From: the human T2T-CHM13v2.0 reference genome, Homo sapiens
Length of the DNA: 64,000 nt
Assembly: GCF_009914755.1 (NCBI RefSeq)
Contig: NC_060928.1
Reading direction: 5' to 3' (one strand)
The translations under genes were made by a program, and so were the position numbers. The first letter of the stretch is position 1; each line of letters starts with the position of its first letter. A model generated the notes under the pieces. The model did no database searches and was not told where the DNA came from. It worked only from the letters and a program-made list of their open reading frames with translations. Shown here in pieces: positions 36,450 to 48,400 of the stretch.

Positions 36450-37735
36450 AGTAAGTTTTATTTTATAATAGTTTTAGATAACAGAAAAATTGCAAAGATA
36501 GTAAAAGAAGTTTTCATAAACTCCACGATCAGCTTCCCCTATTATTAGCATCTTATATTAGTATATGATGTATGTCACAATTAATGAACCAATATTTATA
36601 CATTATTATGAACTAAAGTCCATATTTTATTCATATTTTCTTAGTTTTTACCTAAAGCCTTTTGTTTCTTGCTAGAATCCCATTCAGAATCCCATATTAC
36701 TTTTAGTTGTTATGTTATGCTCTTGTGACAATTTCTTAAACTTTCTTTGTTTTGATGACCTTGATGAATTTAAGGAGTGCTGGTGAAACGTTTTGTAAAA
36801 TGTCCCTTAATTGGATGTATTTGATGTTTTTCTCATGGCTAAACAGTGTCAATGGGTTTAGGGAGGAATACCACAGTTGTGAGGTGCTCTTCTCGTCTGT
36901 GGTTCAAGGGTTCACAGTGTCAACAGAGCTCATCACTGCTGATGTTGACTTTGGTCACCAAAAAATTGCCCCTCCCCCTTCCATACTCTGCTTTCTGGCA
37001 AGAAGTCACTGTGCACAGCTCACAGTTAAGGAGCGGGGAGCCATGCTCTCCTCCTGAGGGCAGAGTAGCTCCATAACTTATTTGGAATCCTGCCTGGAGA
37101 TCTGCTCATCTCTCCCAGTATCTGATCATTTTATTCCTATCAGTGTAAACTCATGGCTGCTGGGTAGCGCCTTATTTTGTTGTTTAAATTTTTCTGGTTT
37201 TAGCCATTGGAAGCTCTTTCACTTGACTCCTGTGTTCCTTTGACACAGCCTCAGTTGTGTGTGTGTGTGCACATGTGTGTGCATGCGGTCCTTTTCTGAG
37301 CACTTTCTCAGTTTCTAGCACTACAAGGTGCTCCAGACTCATCTTGGATCATTCTTTACACAGGCTTAGAATCACCCATTTCCCTGAAGAGCCCTGGTTC
37401 TTTTCATTGGAGAGCAGTATTAGAAACCAAAAATGGGACCTGCTGTTACTGGGGAGTCATTGCTTCTCAGCCCTCTCAGCTGGCAAAGCAAGGAAATATG
37501 CATGCATAGCAACCTGTGTATATATACGTATCTATACATATTTCTATATATAACCCCCTGTATCTGTACGAAGCTGGACATGAGTTCACATTGAGGTCTA
37601 TTCCTAAGCAATTATCACATGGATCATTCTAGCCTCCTCCCCTTGCTTATCTGTAACCTCTCACCCCATCAGACAGAAATCTGTCTCCCACCATCTGCTA
37701 TCCATTACTGAATTGTGCAATTCCTGTATCCATGC
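36450..37735 (-). mobile_element. L1MC-type 3' UTR nested in the L1M block
   Basis: atagttttagataacagaaaaattgcaaagatagta...tcacaattaatgaaccaata...tttgatgaccttga...cactgctgatgttgacttt; L1-like sequence resumes at ~37740-37910. Confidence 0.75.
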
Positions 37736-38579
37736 TTAGTCCATTTTGATAAACTATCTTTCAACTCTTGTATTTCATCAAAGCTGCTCAACTCATTGAC
37801 ATGAAGTTGTTCATTACATTTCCTTATTATGCTCTTCATGTCTGTAGGGTCTGTAGTACTGTCTCCTCTTTCATTCATGATATTGGCAATTGGTGTCCTC
37901 TCTTTGTTTCTAGACCAAGTGCAAATACAGATTAGGTGGAGAGTTGAATGTCACCAGGGTTGGGGTGTTATAACTGAGTGTGCTAAAATGAGAGAAGGGT
38001 AAGATGATTGAAAGTGTACGTATGTGTGTTTGTGTGAGGGAATGAGGGCACGAAGGGGGTGGGGGTAGTAAAGGTGCATGAGGGAAATGAGGGTGTGAAG
38101 GGGGTGAGGGCCAGTAAAGGGGTGATGGGCATAAAGGATTGTGAGTCCCAGGACAGTCATGTTGCTGGGGTGAGTACTTGCTGGGATGAGATGGAAAGAC
38201 GTGAGGCTCTAAGTCTTGAAAGTAAGACTCTGTAAGGTGTGCCTTTTATGGCAATGGGAAAATCTACGGCATTTTCAGGGAGATGAGATACTGAAGGAGT
38301 GAATGGCTGTATCAGAGGAGAAGAGAAGGTCAAGGAACCAGTAGTCCAGCTGGTGCTGAGCTGGAATGTCTGCTCTAGGCACCATCCACAGAGATAGAGA
38401 TACACAGGACACATGTAACCATCCAAACCCTGGTGGGGATGGAGAAAGGGCTGGGTCTGGTGTGTTTTGGATCTTAACTTGGCCATTTACCAGGAGAGTG
38501 ACCTCAGAGGGTTCTTGGACATATTAAATGAGGTACAATACCTTGTGTGGTGCCTGGCACAGAGTAAGGACTCAAAATA

Positions 38580-38897
38580 GGCCAGGCACAGTGGCTCACG
38601 CCTGTAATCCTGGCACTTTGGGAGGCTGAGGTGGGAGGATTACTTGAGCCCAGAAGTTTAACACCAGCCTAGGCAACATAGTGAGACACTGTCTCTACAA
38701 ATAATAATAAAAATTAGCCATGTGTGGGGGCATGTGCCTCTAGTCACAGCTACTCAGGGGGCTGAGGTGGGAGGATTGCTTGAGCCCAGGGGGTTGAAGC
38801 TGCAGTGAGCTGTGACCATTCCACTGCATTCCAACTGGGTCAATATAGTGAGACCTCGCCTCCCTGCAAAAACCCAAAAAAACTAAACAAACAAGAA
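38580..38897 (+). mobile_element. AluJ inserted at a MIR tail
   Basis: J diagnostics (ggaggattacttgagccca, gcaacatagtgagac, ggaggattgcttgagcccagg); 14-bp TSD aaggactcaaaata at 38566-38579 and 38898-38911. Confidence 0.95.
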
Positions 38898-39090
38898 AAG
38901 GACTCAAAATATTTGAATCCCTCAGTAAAAATAATTAAGAACTTTTTGATGTGTTTCCTTCCTGTCTTCTATTGGTGTCCGTTTTCATGGTAGGCTTTGT
39001 ACGTCATTTTTCAACAATTTTCCTCCACTCATGATCTCGTCACATGGCACCGCTATCTGATGAAACATTACACAGTCATGCTTTAGTGTT

Positions 39091-39571
39091 TGTATCAGTT
39101 TCACCCCATCAGGGAGAAATCTGCCTGCTATAACAAGGTGCCACAAACTGCGTGACTAAAACAACAGCAATTTAACATCTCACAGTTCTGAGGCTGAAAT
39201 GAAAGTGTCGGTGGAGCTCCCCCTGGGACTCCTAGTAGAATCCTTCCATGGTGGTGACCTCGTCCATCCTCCATGCTCCTCGGCTTGCAGCTCTGTCACT
39301 CCAACCTCTGCCTCCACCTTCCCATGGCCATCATAGGATTGAAGGTGTGTGTGTGTGGCCTTCTCCCTCTGTCTCTCTTTCTGAATCTTCCCTCTGACAA
39401 GAACACCAGGTATATTGGGTTAGGCACTACCTCACTCCAGCATGACCATCGCCAACTGAACTAGTGGCAGCCACAGCAACCCTATTTCCAAATCAGGTCG
39501 CATCCTGAAGTCTGTGAGGGAGGGGTCAGCATGTCAACATATGTTTTTGGGGAGCACAATTCAACCCATAA
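39091..39571 (-). mobile_element. MLT1C-like LTR
   Basis: ctgctataacaaggtgccacaaactg...aaaacaacag...tctcacagttctg; cactccaacctctgcctcc; accctatttccaaatcaggtc; cacaattcaacccataa. Confidence 0.85.
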
Positions 39572-39624
39572 GGGTATTCCACCAAAAGCAGAAATAAAAA
39601 TAGGAGTGACAATAGACAAATGTA

Positions 39625-39950
39625 AGACTGACAACATATTGATGATTGTTGAAGTGGGGGTGAGCACCTGGAGAAATTCCATAATAACATGGTTTTTAAA
39701 ATCATGCTTTCAATGGACATTTAATGGACTGGAAAATGTTAAGTGCAAAAGGTAATATACAAAACTATGCATACTATGGAAGCCTGTATAGAAGAAATAA
39801 CCCCAAAATGTTCATGGCAGTTTTCTCTAGGGAGTTTGGGGGCTTGTGGTTTTCTTCTTTTCACTTTCCACTCTTCTGTATTTTTGCAAAATTCTCATAT
39901 TGGACATAGAGTGTTTGTACAATCATCAAATAATTTTGTTTTAAAAAAAA
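39625..39950 (+). mobile_element. L1ME-type 3' end fragments
   Basis: atattgatgattgttgaagtgggg; ccaaaatgttcatggcagttttctctaggg...cttctgtattttt. Confidence 0.5.
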
Positions 39951-40734
39951 TCAGACTGCCTCTCTGCTCATCCATTTCTATATCATTCACCAGACAGACC
40001 CCTCCTGGGGGCCATGCTTGCCCTGACCGGGTCGGCACCGTCCCAGCAGGGGGGCCGGCCACACCCACACCATGACAACCGAAGTCTCTGCCAAATCTCA
40101 GTGAGCCACAGTGGATCTAAGTGGCTGTGGTGGAGGCAGGAGAAGATGGCCCTCTTTAGAGTATTTGAAATCATTAATGGTTTTGATAAAAACCAACCCA
40201 GGAACCTCCAACAGGCCTGGTGGGAGTGTAGTGAGTGGGCCTGGGAGGGCTCGCCAGGCTAGGAGGGAGATGGAGGCAGACACGGAGTCGCGGGTGCAGC
40301 AAATGTGACCCACTGAGCTTCTCTCCCTGGAGGGGCGGGGGCAGAAGGGCCCGGGTGCCAGGAGAAGGCAGCAGAGCTGCTGCAGGGACCCGCGGGTGGT
40401 GAGGGGCTGCTCAGGGTGCTGGAAGCACTGAGGGGCAGAGGCAAGAGGGCTGGGGGCCTGGGGAGCACCGGGCAGTGAGTGCCAACACTCCTGAGCACTA
40501 ATGCCCCTGGGGCCAGGCAGGAACCTTGGAAGGGGAGGTGCGGGACCTGGGATGGGCCCGGCCTGCAGCCTGCTCCTGGCTGTGGTGGCCACTTCCTGTT
40601 CCTCTGGGCACCCCCGCTTTCCCTCCAGTGACAAGGTTGACGGAGACTGTCTCCCGGGGCTCCTGCGAGGATAGAAGCTGCTGTGCTTGGAATGGGCTGG
40701 GCATCCCCAGTGCAGAGGGAGGACTCAGCAAAGA

Positions 40735-40995
40735 CAAAGATGGAGGTGAAGGAGACGATGATGAAGCTGAAAATGCTGCTGCTGCTGCTGCTGAAAAGAG
40801 GATAAGAATGATGATGATGCTGGGAGGAGTGGAGGGGGAGGGGGGGAGGTAGGGGAGGAGTGGGGAGGGTAAGGAGGAGGGGGAAGAGTGGAGGGGAGGA
40901 GGGGAGGGGGAGGAGGAGGGGGAGGAAGTGGGAGGAGGAAGGGGAGAGGAAGGAGGAGGGGAGGAGTGGAGGAGGAGGGAGAGCAGGAGAGGATG
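40735..40995. repeat. (GAT)/(GCT)6/(GGA) triplet-like tract running into a GA-rich tract
   Basis: gatgatgaagctgaaaatgctgctgctgctgctgctg...ggaggaggg... Confidence 0.85.
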
Positions 40996-42974
40996 GTGGC
41001 ACTGATGAACAGGATTCTGGGGCTGGGCCGGGTAGCCTGGGTCTGTGCCCCGCCCAGGAGGGCGGATGGGCAGGCCGACAGGCGGATGGCTGGGCAGGTG
41101 ACAGGTGGGCAGTCTGTACTAGGTTTTGGGGGAAATTTCTGGAAGGTCCCTCATAGGAGGCGCTGCTCCTTGCAGACTGGGCAGATGGGTTAGGGGTGAG
41201 CTGCATTTTGATTGGGTTGAGTTAAAATGAATGGAAATAAATTTGGATCTGTATTGAGTTGGATCTGGACTGAATTGAAATGAAATAAACTGAACTGAAT
41301 TAAATTTGAGGTGAGCTGGCCTAGGCCAGGCTGGATGGATTTGCTGAAATGGGAGCCTCAGAGTTGAGTTTGGAATCTAAGAGCGTTCCAGCCCTTAGTA
41401 ATCCTCAGCTGCGTGGGACTTGGCCCTTCCTGATGCGATGGCCTGGGGCAATTGTTCTGTTTGTGGGGTTTGCTGCCAGCCTCACCTCTGTACCCTCCCT
41501 GGAACCCTCCCACCCCACCTTCAGTGAGCGGTGGAAGCGGCAAGGCCCCCGTACGTGGCCGTGGTAGTTGTAGGGTCTGTGTGCCTGCATGCGGATGTGT
41601 GGGGCTGTGTGGGATGTGTGGGGGGTTGTGCATCCGTGTGGGGGAGGCACTTGTGAGCAGGTGTACCTGTCTGCATGCCAGCAGGGGCTAGGAACCCCTT
41701 CTTCTTCTGAGGGATGAATACCAGGGCCTCTGCATTTTGGAGGCAAACCATGGCTTCTCTCCCTTCTGGCCCTGGTCTATGAGCCCCTGTTTACCCAGGG
41801 CCAGGTTCTCTCAGTGAATCCTTTAAGAGGGTGGATCCTCCCAGGGGAGCCTCTGAAGCGGTCGCCAAGTCCACCCTGTGTGCCATAGGTGCTCCCCACA
41901 GCCAGCGGGCGCATGAATCCTCCCCGGATGGGGAGGGAGGTCACTGCTTCTCAGAGCCCAGACTGGCTCCCTGCCACTGCCCTGCACTGGCTGTGGTTCA
42001 GCTCCGAGACTGGTGCGGAGCCCGTCCACACCCTGGACAGCTCCTGCACATGACCGGGCTCCACTGGGGGTGGGCCGCGGGGGCTCAGGAGTTGCCAGCT
42101 CTGCCCTGCTCCCTCTCAGCTGGTGCCCTGGGCCTTGGCAGCCACAGAGGGCAGGGTCCTGGCTGTCTCACCCGGCTGGGCCCAGGAAGCTGTCACCTGG
42201 CTCCCCATCCAGCTCACATCCTCCTTAGAAAACAAGGCTGGAGGATGCTGGTGCTGTCCTCCAGGGGGCCTGAGAAGAGGAAGCCAGGCGGGCGGGGTGA
42301 GCCCCTGGGAAACAAGAGCCATCCCTGCTGTTGCTGGGGTCACCCCTTCCCGCCCTCTGTGAGCCTCCTGCCCCAGCCCCTCCCACGGAGGGCCCGGGAG
42401 GCTCCATCTCCAGGCAGCAGCAGCTGCTTTGATCATGGGGTCTCTTCAGGAATGGGAGGATCAGGGTTCCGCTGCAAGGGGCTGTGTGGGGGAGGCTGGG
42501 TCCTGGCCCTCTTTTCGCCTTAGTGCGCCCCCCATCCCAGGTCATCCTGGAGCCCCACCGTCCCCTCCAGAAGCGAGTCGCAGCTCCAGGTTGCTACAGA
42601 AACAGGCAAGCTCTGGCGTTAGCAGCCTCACAACCCTGGTTCCTCCTGCACCGCTGCCTTTGCGCCTGCCGGAGTTCTTGGTGGGTTCCCTGGGGGAAGG
42701 GAGGTAACACGTAACACAGATCAGCACCTGTGGGGCACTCCCAGCTCCCTTCAACTCAGACCGCCTGCTGGTATTTGCACAATTAGGAGGCCCACTTGCA
42801 GATGACAGAACAGGCCTGGAGAAGGAGAGCCGCCTGCCCAGCCACACATCTCCCGAGGGCAGGAGAGGACCTCCAGGCTGGCCTCAGTCTCCCTCGGCCG
42901 CGATCCCGTGGCCCCCAGGTCTCAGGGGCTCTGGGGTGCTTGGTGTTTGGGCTGCAGGAGATGCTTCTGCTGTG

Positions 42975-43074
42975 TGACCCCCCTCCCACTGCCCGGACTG
43001 ACCCCCCTCCCACTGCCCAGACTGACCCTCCTCCCACTGCCCGGACTGACCCCCCTCCCACTGCCCGGACTGAC
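42975..43074. repeat. 24-bp tandem repeat x4 (TGACCCCCCTCCCACTGCCCGGAC)
   Basis: Units start at 42975, 42999, 43023 and 43047; only 2 substitutions in total. Confidence 0.97.
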
Positions 43075-43140
43075 TGTGTCACTCTGGGTGAACCTCTCCC
43101 AAGCTGGGCCTCAGTTTCCCCATCCAAAAAATAAGAGGTT
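43075..43140 (+). mobile_element. MIR core fragment
   Basis: tgtgtcactctgggtgaacctctc...gggcctcagtttccccatccaaaaaat. Confidence 0.6.
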
Positions 43141-45134
43141 GCCCATACGACGGGAGGGCGCCCGTTATGATGCCCGGGTCCCTCCCAGGCACCCCCCATT
43201 TTGGTGCCCAACACTCTTCCTTTCCCCCGCTCCTGCATCTGCCTCTGCTCCTATCTCTCCCCGTGGGGCGACCCTCCTTCCGCTAAGGCCGGCAGCATCC
43301 TTGGTCCAGCCTCCTGGGGGGAGCTCAGTGCTGACTCCAGGGGCAGGGGCTGCAGGGGAAGGGGTGGGGAGTGCAGAGCTGAGGCCTCCACAGGGGCTTC
43401 AGTGCAGGGCCTGCCCCAGGTCAGGGGAGCAGCCCTCGGTGCTGGCCAAGATCGGGGGGCCCAGCTGTCCCTGCGGGGCAGGCCTGGCCCACCCAGAGAG
43501 GCCCCACCCCACGTTAGCTCTCAGGTCTGCCCCTTTCCTTGGAGTCCCTGAGTTCTGAATCCAGCCCCCCTCCCCCGTGCTTGGCAAGGGGGGCTCCAAG
43601 GAGAGGGAGGAGGGGTGGACAGGAGGAGCACGTGATGCCGTCACGGTGGGGGCTGGACATTTGTCACGACCGTAGAAGGTGCCACACAGACGGGGAGCCC
43701 TCGTGCCGACCGTGGGCTTCAGCTAATGGCGACGCGTCCATATGGCCCCTCAGTGCGGCAGACGCCCCCACCGCACCAGTGCACGAGGCACTCGCGGAGC
43801 CTGTGGGGCGGGAGGTGTGCGGAGCTGCGTGCTGTGCTTCAGGCCCAGTTTCCCTGTGACCTAAAACTGCTCTAAACACTGAAGTCCATTAATTAAGAGG
43901 GGGGGGAAGGGTGAGGGGCAGGACAGCAGTGAGGGTGCGGGTGGCTCTGGAGGAGGGTGGCTGACCTCGGAACCTGTCCCCATCCCAAGGCCATTTGCAG
44001 CTTGTCCCTGAGAGAAGCACAGAATGGCACGGTAGCAGCAGAGATGGGGGCAGGGTGGGGGCAGCCGCCTTCTGGAACAGTCAGCCCAGGGCTCTGGACC
44101 CCTTCGGCCTCCAGAGGCCCCATCTGGCATCATGGGAAGAAGAGAGGGTGGGGAGGGGAAGTTGGGAGTTCTGCCTGTCAGTGTGGGGGGCTTTCTGTAG
44201 CTAATGGGGGTGAGGCCCAGGGTGGGGACTTCAGGGAGAGCTCCCATCACTGTAAGGGATGTTGGGACCTGGCTGGGTTCTGTCAGTGCCAGGCACGTCC
44301 CCACCAAGGATCAAACTGCCACCTGAGACCTGGAGAGGAGGGCCGACATGCCAGCCCCACGGGAAGACGGGCCGCGGGGCTGGGCCCCATCCTTTGGAAT
44401 CTCCCAGGACTCTCCTGCCTCCCTGGGACCAGCTAAGGACAGGAGCCGCTGCCAGAGCTATTACCGGTGGGCGCGGTGTGCAGAGACAAAGGCACTGATG
44501 ATCTCAGGTTTCTTTAAATGCACCGAGGAACTCAGAGGAAGTGGGCTGCATTTCTCTCTAATCTGTGATTCTGTCAACTTCATTTTTTTCCCCTCTTCCC
44601 TGTAATTATCCCATCGGTGGGTGAAAATAAACTCCTGCAAGGAGACAGCCTCCCAGAAGGCGAGATGCCGAGCGGTGGGAGGCCAGGCAGCAGGTGGGTG
44701 GGAAGCCGTGGCTGGCGGCTTCCTGGGCTTCCTCGCACCCTCTGCGGTTTGGGAGCAACTCATAGAGTGACCTATTGTCGTGGCTCGCCCAGGACCGTCC
44801 TGGTTTTAGCACAGAAAATCCCATGTCCCAGGAAACTCCCCTAGTCCCAGGAGAATGGGGAGGGTGGCCCCTTACACACAGGCTCCTGAGGGTGTCTGGG
44901 CTTCCCAGGACAGCTGGCTGGGACCCCACGCCCCGTGTCTGCCTCCTCCGGGCGCCCCCACCACAAGCACACCAGCCTCATGTGACTGGCACTCTTTCCA
45001 CCTCCCTTCCCTGCAATTCCAGGGCCTCCCCTCAACCTCTTCCCTGGGGACGTCCACGTGGACTCTCTTCCCCAAGGTCCACCCTGGGACTCCCCCGAGC
45101 ACCACACACTCAACCAATGACCCTCTGAGCCCCC

Positions 45135-45325
45135 AGTGTCCCCAGCTGCTACTCTGCTGGACAGCAAGTGAGTTACACCTTGTGCTTTGGTTTTCCCATC
45201 TGTAAAGTGGGAATCATGGTGAAATCTAGCGGTGGGGGTTTTGCAGGGCTTCAGCTAACGAGTAAATCTAAGGTGCTTAGACCCAGTGCTTGTTACGAAC
45301 AGATAGCGATAAAGATCGCTATTTC
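45135..45325 (+). mobile_element. MIR
   Basis: gcaagtgagttacaccttgtgctttggttttcccatctgtaaagtgggaatcatg...aaggtgcttagacccagtgc. Confidence 0.75.
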
Positions 45326-45344
45326 TATCACCTCTGCATGTCAA

Positions 45345-45450
45345 AAGCCACTTACTTCCCATAACCACTTAGAGATTGTTAGTGGAATCTGCATTTCACA
45401 GATGAGGCACAGAGAAAGGAAGGAACTTGCTGGGAGGACTGGACCAGTCA
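45345..45450 (-). mobile_element. MIR, tail-to-tail with the previous copy
   Basis: cccataaccac...catttcacagatgaggcacagaga...gaacttgc. Confidence 0.6.
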
Positions 45451-48400
45451 GTGCCCACGGCCGGCGCTGCCTCCAGCTCTGTGGACTGTGAAGCCAGGAT
45501 GACCCTCTGCTGAGGCGCCTCTCGTGTGGGCGTATAATCATCCCGATCATCATTTCTGGCAAATCAAAAACCCAGCACAACCCCACATTGAAGCTCTCAG
45601 AAATGTCTCTTAATAGCTCTGATTAAAGAAACACACATGAGCAGGTTAGAACCAGAGAGAATTGATTTTGCTGGGTAGCGGTTAAGCTGTCTCTGTGTTA
45701 TTTAGCTCTTAAACAAGGAACTCTGCTTTGGAGAAAATATTAATTATTTCTCTTTTTCCTGGCTCGACTCTTAATTGCTATTTTGCGTGGGTGGAGTGGG
45801 AGCCTTTTGAGGTGAGGGAGGGAAACTGTTCTCCCCTAAATGGGTCAAACTGCCCTGGGGTTATGATCTCTGCCTCAGGTGCAGAGACGTCCAGTCACAT
45901 GGCTTACTTGGTGGGGAAGCCCCCTTTCTCCAACCTAAAGCCCCAGGTTGGGAGGTGCAGGCTAGGGGATGAAACACACGCTCCCTCTGCTATAAATGTC
46001 CAACCAACTCTCCAGGGCTGTCCTGTCTCTCCACGGTGTTTAGCGGCAGGCAGGCTGCAGCCCCAGCGTCGGTGACTGTGATGTCCACAGGACAGTCCTC
46101 CTGGCATTCCTTGACCATCCCTTATCCAGAGATGTGTCCTCCACCCTAAGTCAATCGCTCGCTGACTCCCAGCCTGCCACCTTTCCACTGGGTTATTGGA
46201 ACGGCCTCTGAGGGGGCCCTCCTGCCGGTCTTGGCCCATGGGCTGCCAGCGGGCTCCAGACCAAGCCTCAGGCTGTGTGGCTGACAATGGGATGGCTGGG
46301 ACAGTGCTTGGGTCCTTCCAGTCTCGCCCCCGCGAGGCCTGGATTGGAGGTGGGGCCCGGAAGCAGCTCCCATCTGACGCGCCACGTCCTCGCTCTTGCT
46401 GCCTGCCTGCTGGGAAGGCAGCCTCCAGAAATGTGCTGCTGACCCCATTTCCTGCATCCCCATCTAATGTGACCTCTTTTGAGCACCTTTTGTAAGCCAC
46501 AGCCCCCACCCTACACCTCTCAGCCCCTTCCTGTTTCATTTTCCTCCGTGGCACAGAGAAGCGTCTACACAATGGCCCTCTTTTCACCACTTGTCCCTCT
46601 TGTCTCTACCTGCCCTCTCCACTAGGACAGAGGCCCCAGGTGCGGCAGCTTCCCTCTGTCTGGTGGGCTGCTGTGAACTAGAGCAGTTCCTAGGGCAGCA
46701 AGCGGTTCCAAGCGTCCAGCATGAGATTTGAGCCTCCTCACAACCTCGGCCATGTGAGGGCACATTCACCAGCTCAGGGATCAGGATGTGGACACATCTT
46801 GTTAAAGCCACCATGTGACCGTGTCCCTGAAGGACGGCCAGCGACCTTCTGTCAGTTCCTCAGCACAGGTGGGCCCCGTGCTGGGCTGGGTGCCTCATAG
46901 CCCTGCCCCAAACCCAGGGGCCTCATGGCCACCATGTTCCTCACGCATCTTTCCCTTCCCGAAAAGCTGTGAGCCCTGATTGCCCGTCCCTGACACTGGT
47001 GGTGGAGGACCCAGGCCTTCCAGGGGTCAGGGTGGGGCAGGACTGCTGGGGGTGGTCCCCTAACAGCCCCCGGAAACTTTTGTCAAAGGGAAGGAACTTT
47101 GACGGTGGCCACTGAGCTGGTTTAGAGAGGCCTCCAGACCCCCGCTTCACACCTGGAAAGCAGTGATGCCTCCCTACCCTGTGAACACAGGGGCCCTGCC
47201 ATCCGTGCGGGGGTAGACAGGAGTTTCCCTGCCCACCTCACTGGGCCAGATCCCCTCCTGGTGGCTTCTGGAGATGCTCCCGTCCTGGCAGTGGCTCCAG
47301 GTAGGAGCCACTCCCCATGCTGGACACCCAAACCTCCCCAGCCCATCTCGGGGTGTGACCAAGCTCTGTTGCTCCCAGCCCATCCCAGGGTGTCACCAAG
47401 CTCTGCTGCCCGACAAGTCTGGGGCCATTGCCAGGCCTGGTGGCCTTGATTTATTGGGAAGAAACATAATACTTTGGAAAATTATTTCCTTCTTTCTTTT
47501 TTCCTTTTTTTTTTCTCCAAAGAAATTGGAGAAACCTGTGGTTTGCAAATCTGCTGACCCTGCAGGAGGCTTGGATGGCACCAGCCGGTGTTAGGAAAGC
47601 CTGGGCCGAGACAGAAAACACCTAGAGGCAGATCCAGCCCATTTCGGGGAGAAAGTGGGTCACTGTGGGGCTGTCCAAGTAAACTGTGGGCTGGGGAGAT
47701 GGTGAGCACCCACCATGGGGTACAGGAGCAGACACCACGTCCCTCCTTCAGAAAGGGGTCCAGCCTCACCCTCAGTGCCCATCCAGCTCCCAACATGGTG
47801 CCCGTGGGCATTCTGGGTCCCACTGTCCGTGCCTATTCTGGAGTGAGGTCGGCGCCACCTGCCCTGGCCTCAGTTTCCTCATCTGTCACATGGAGCTCCT
47901 GCCTGGTTAGGAGAGCTCTGGGTGCTGCTGGCTAGGGTGGACCACAGTCCAGGGACGCAGGGTGCGAGGATGTGCTGGACTCAGGGGCTGTGGCAGTGCA
48001 TTGGTTTTGGCACAAATGGCCCCAGATAGTGATGGGGGGACTGCACCCCACAAGCCATACCCAGCTTCCTCTGCCGCCACTCCTCTGGGCATGGGGCCTT
48101 GGATGCCATGAAGATGCAGGACGCTGAGTCGCTGCTGCAGAGCGCTTCCTGGCCACTCCCTCCCTTCCTTCTCCGTCTGTTTTCCAGCACCTCCTCCTCT
48201 GTCCATGCTTAGAGGGTCAGTCAGCTGTGTCCCCGGCCTCTGCTCCCTGTGCACCTGCCTCCTTCCATCCCAGCGCTGACCACAGCCTGGAGCTTCAGGC
48301 CCAGTGTCTATCCACACCCTGGACATTCCCCGGAGGCTGCAGGACCTGGAAGCTCAGCTACACTCTTACTCACTCATCAGTGTGTTGGGCCGAGGGAGTC

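Noticed and set aside
40526-40852. Acidic/poly-Ala peptide (DGGEGDDDEAENAAAAAAEKR)
   Set aside because: Triplet low-complexity sequence grading into a GA tract; no convincing splice sites or homology.
41205-41375. Degenerate pentamer tract reminiscent of Ig switch repeats
   Set aside because: Short, AT-rich and lacking GAGCT/GGGGT density; no Ig exons.
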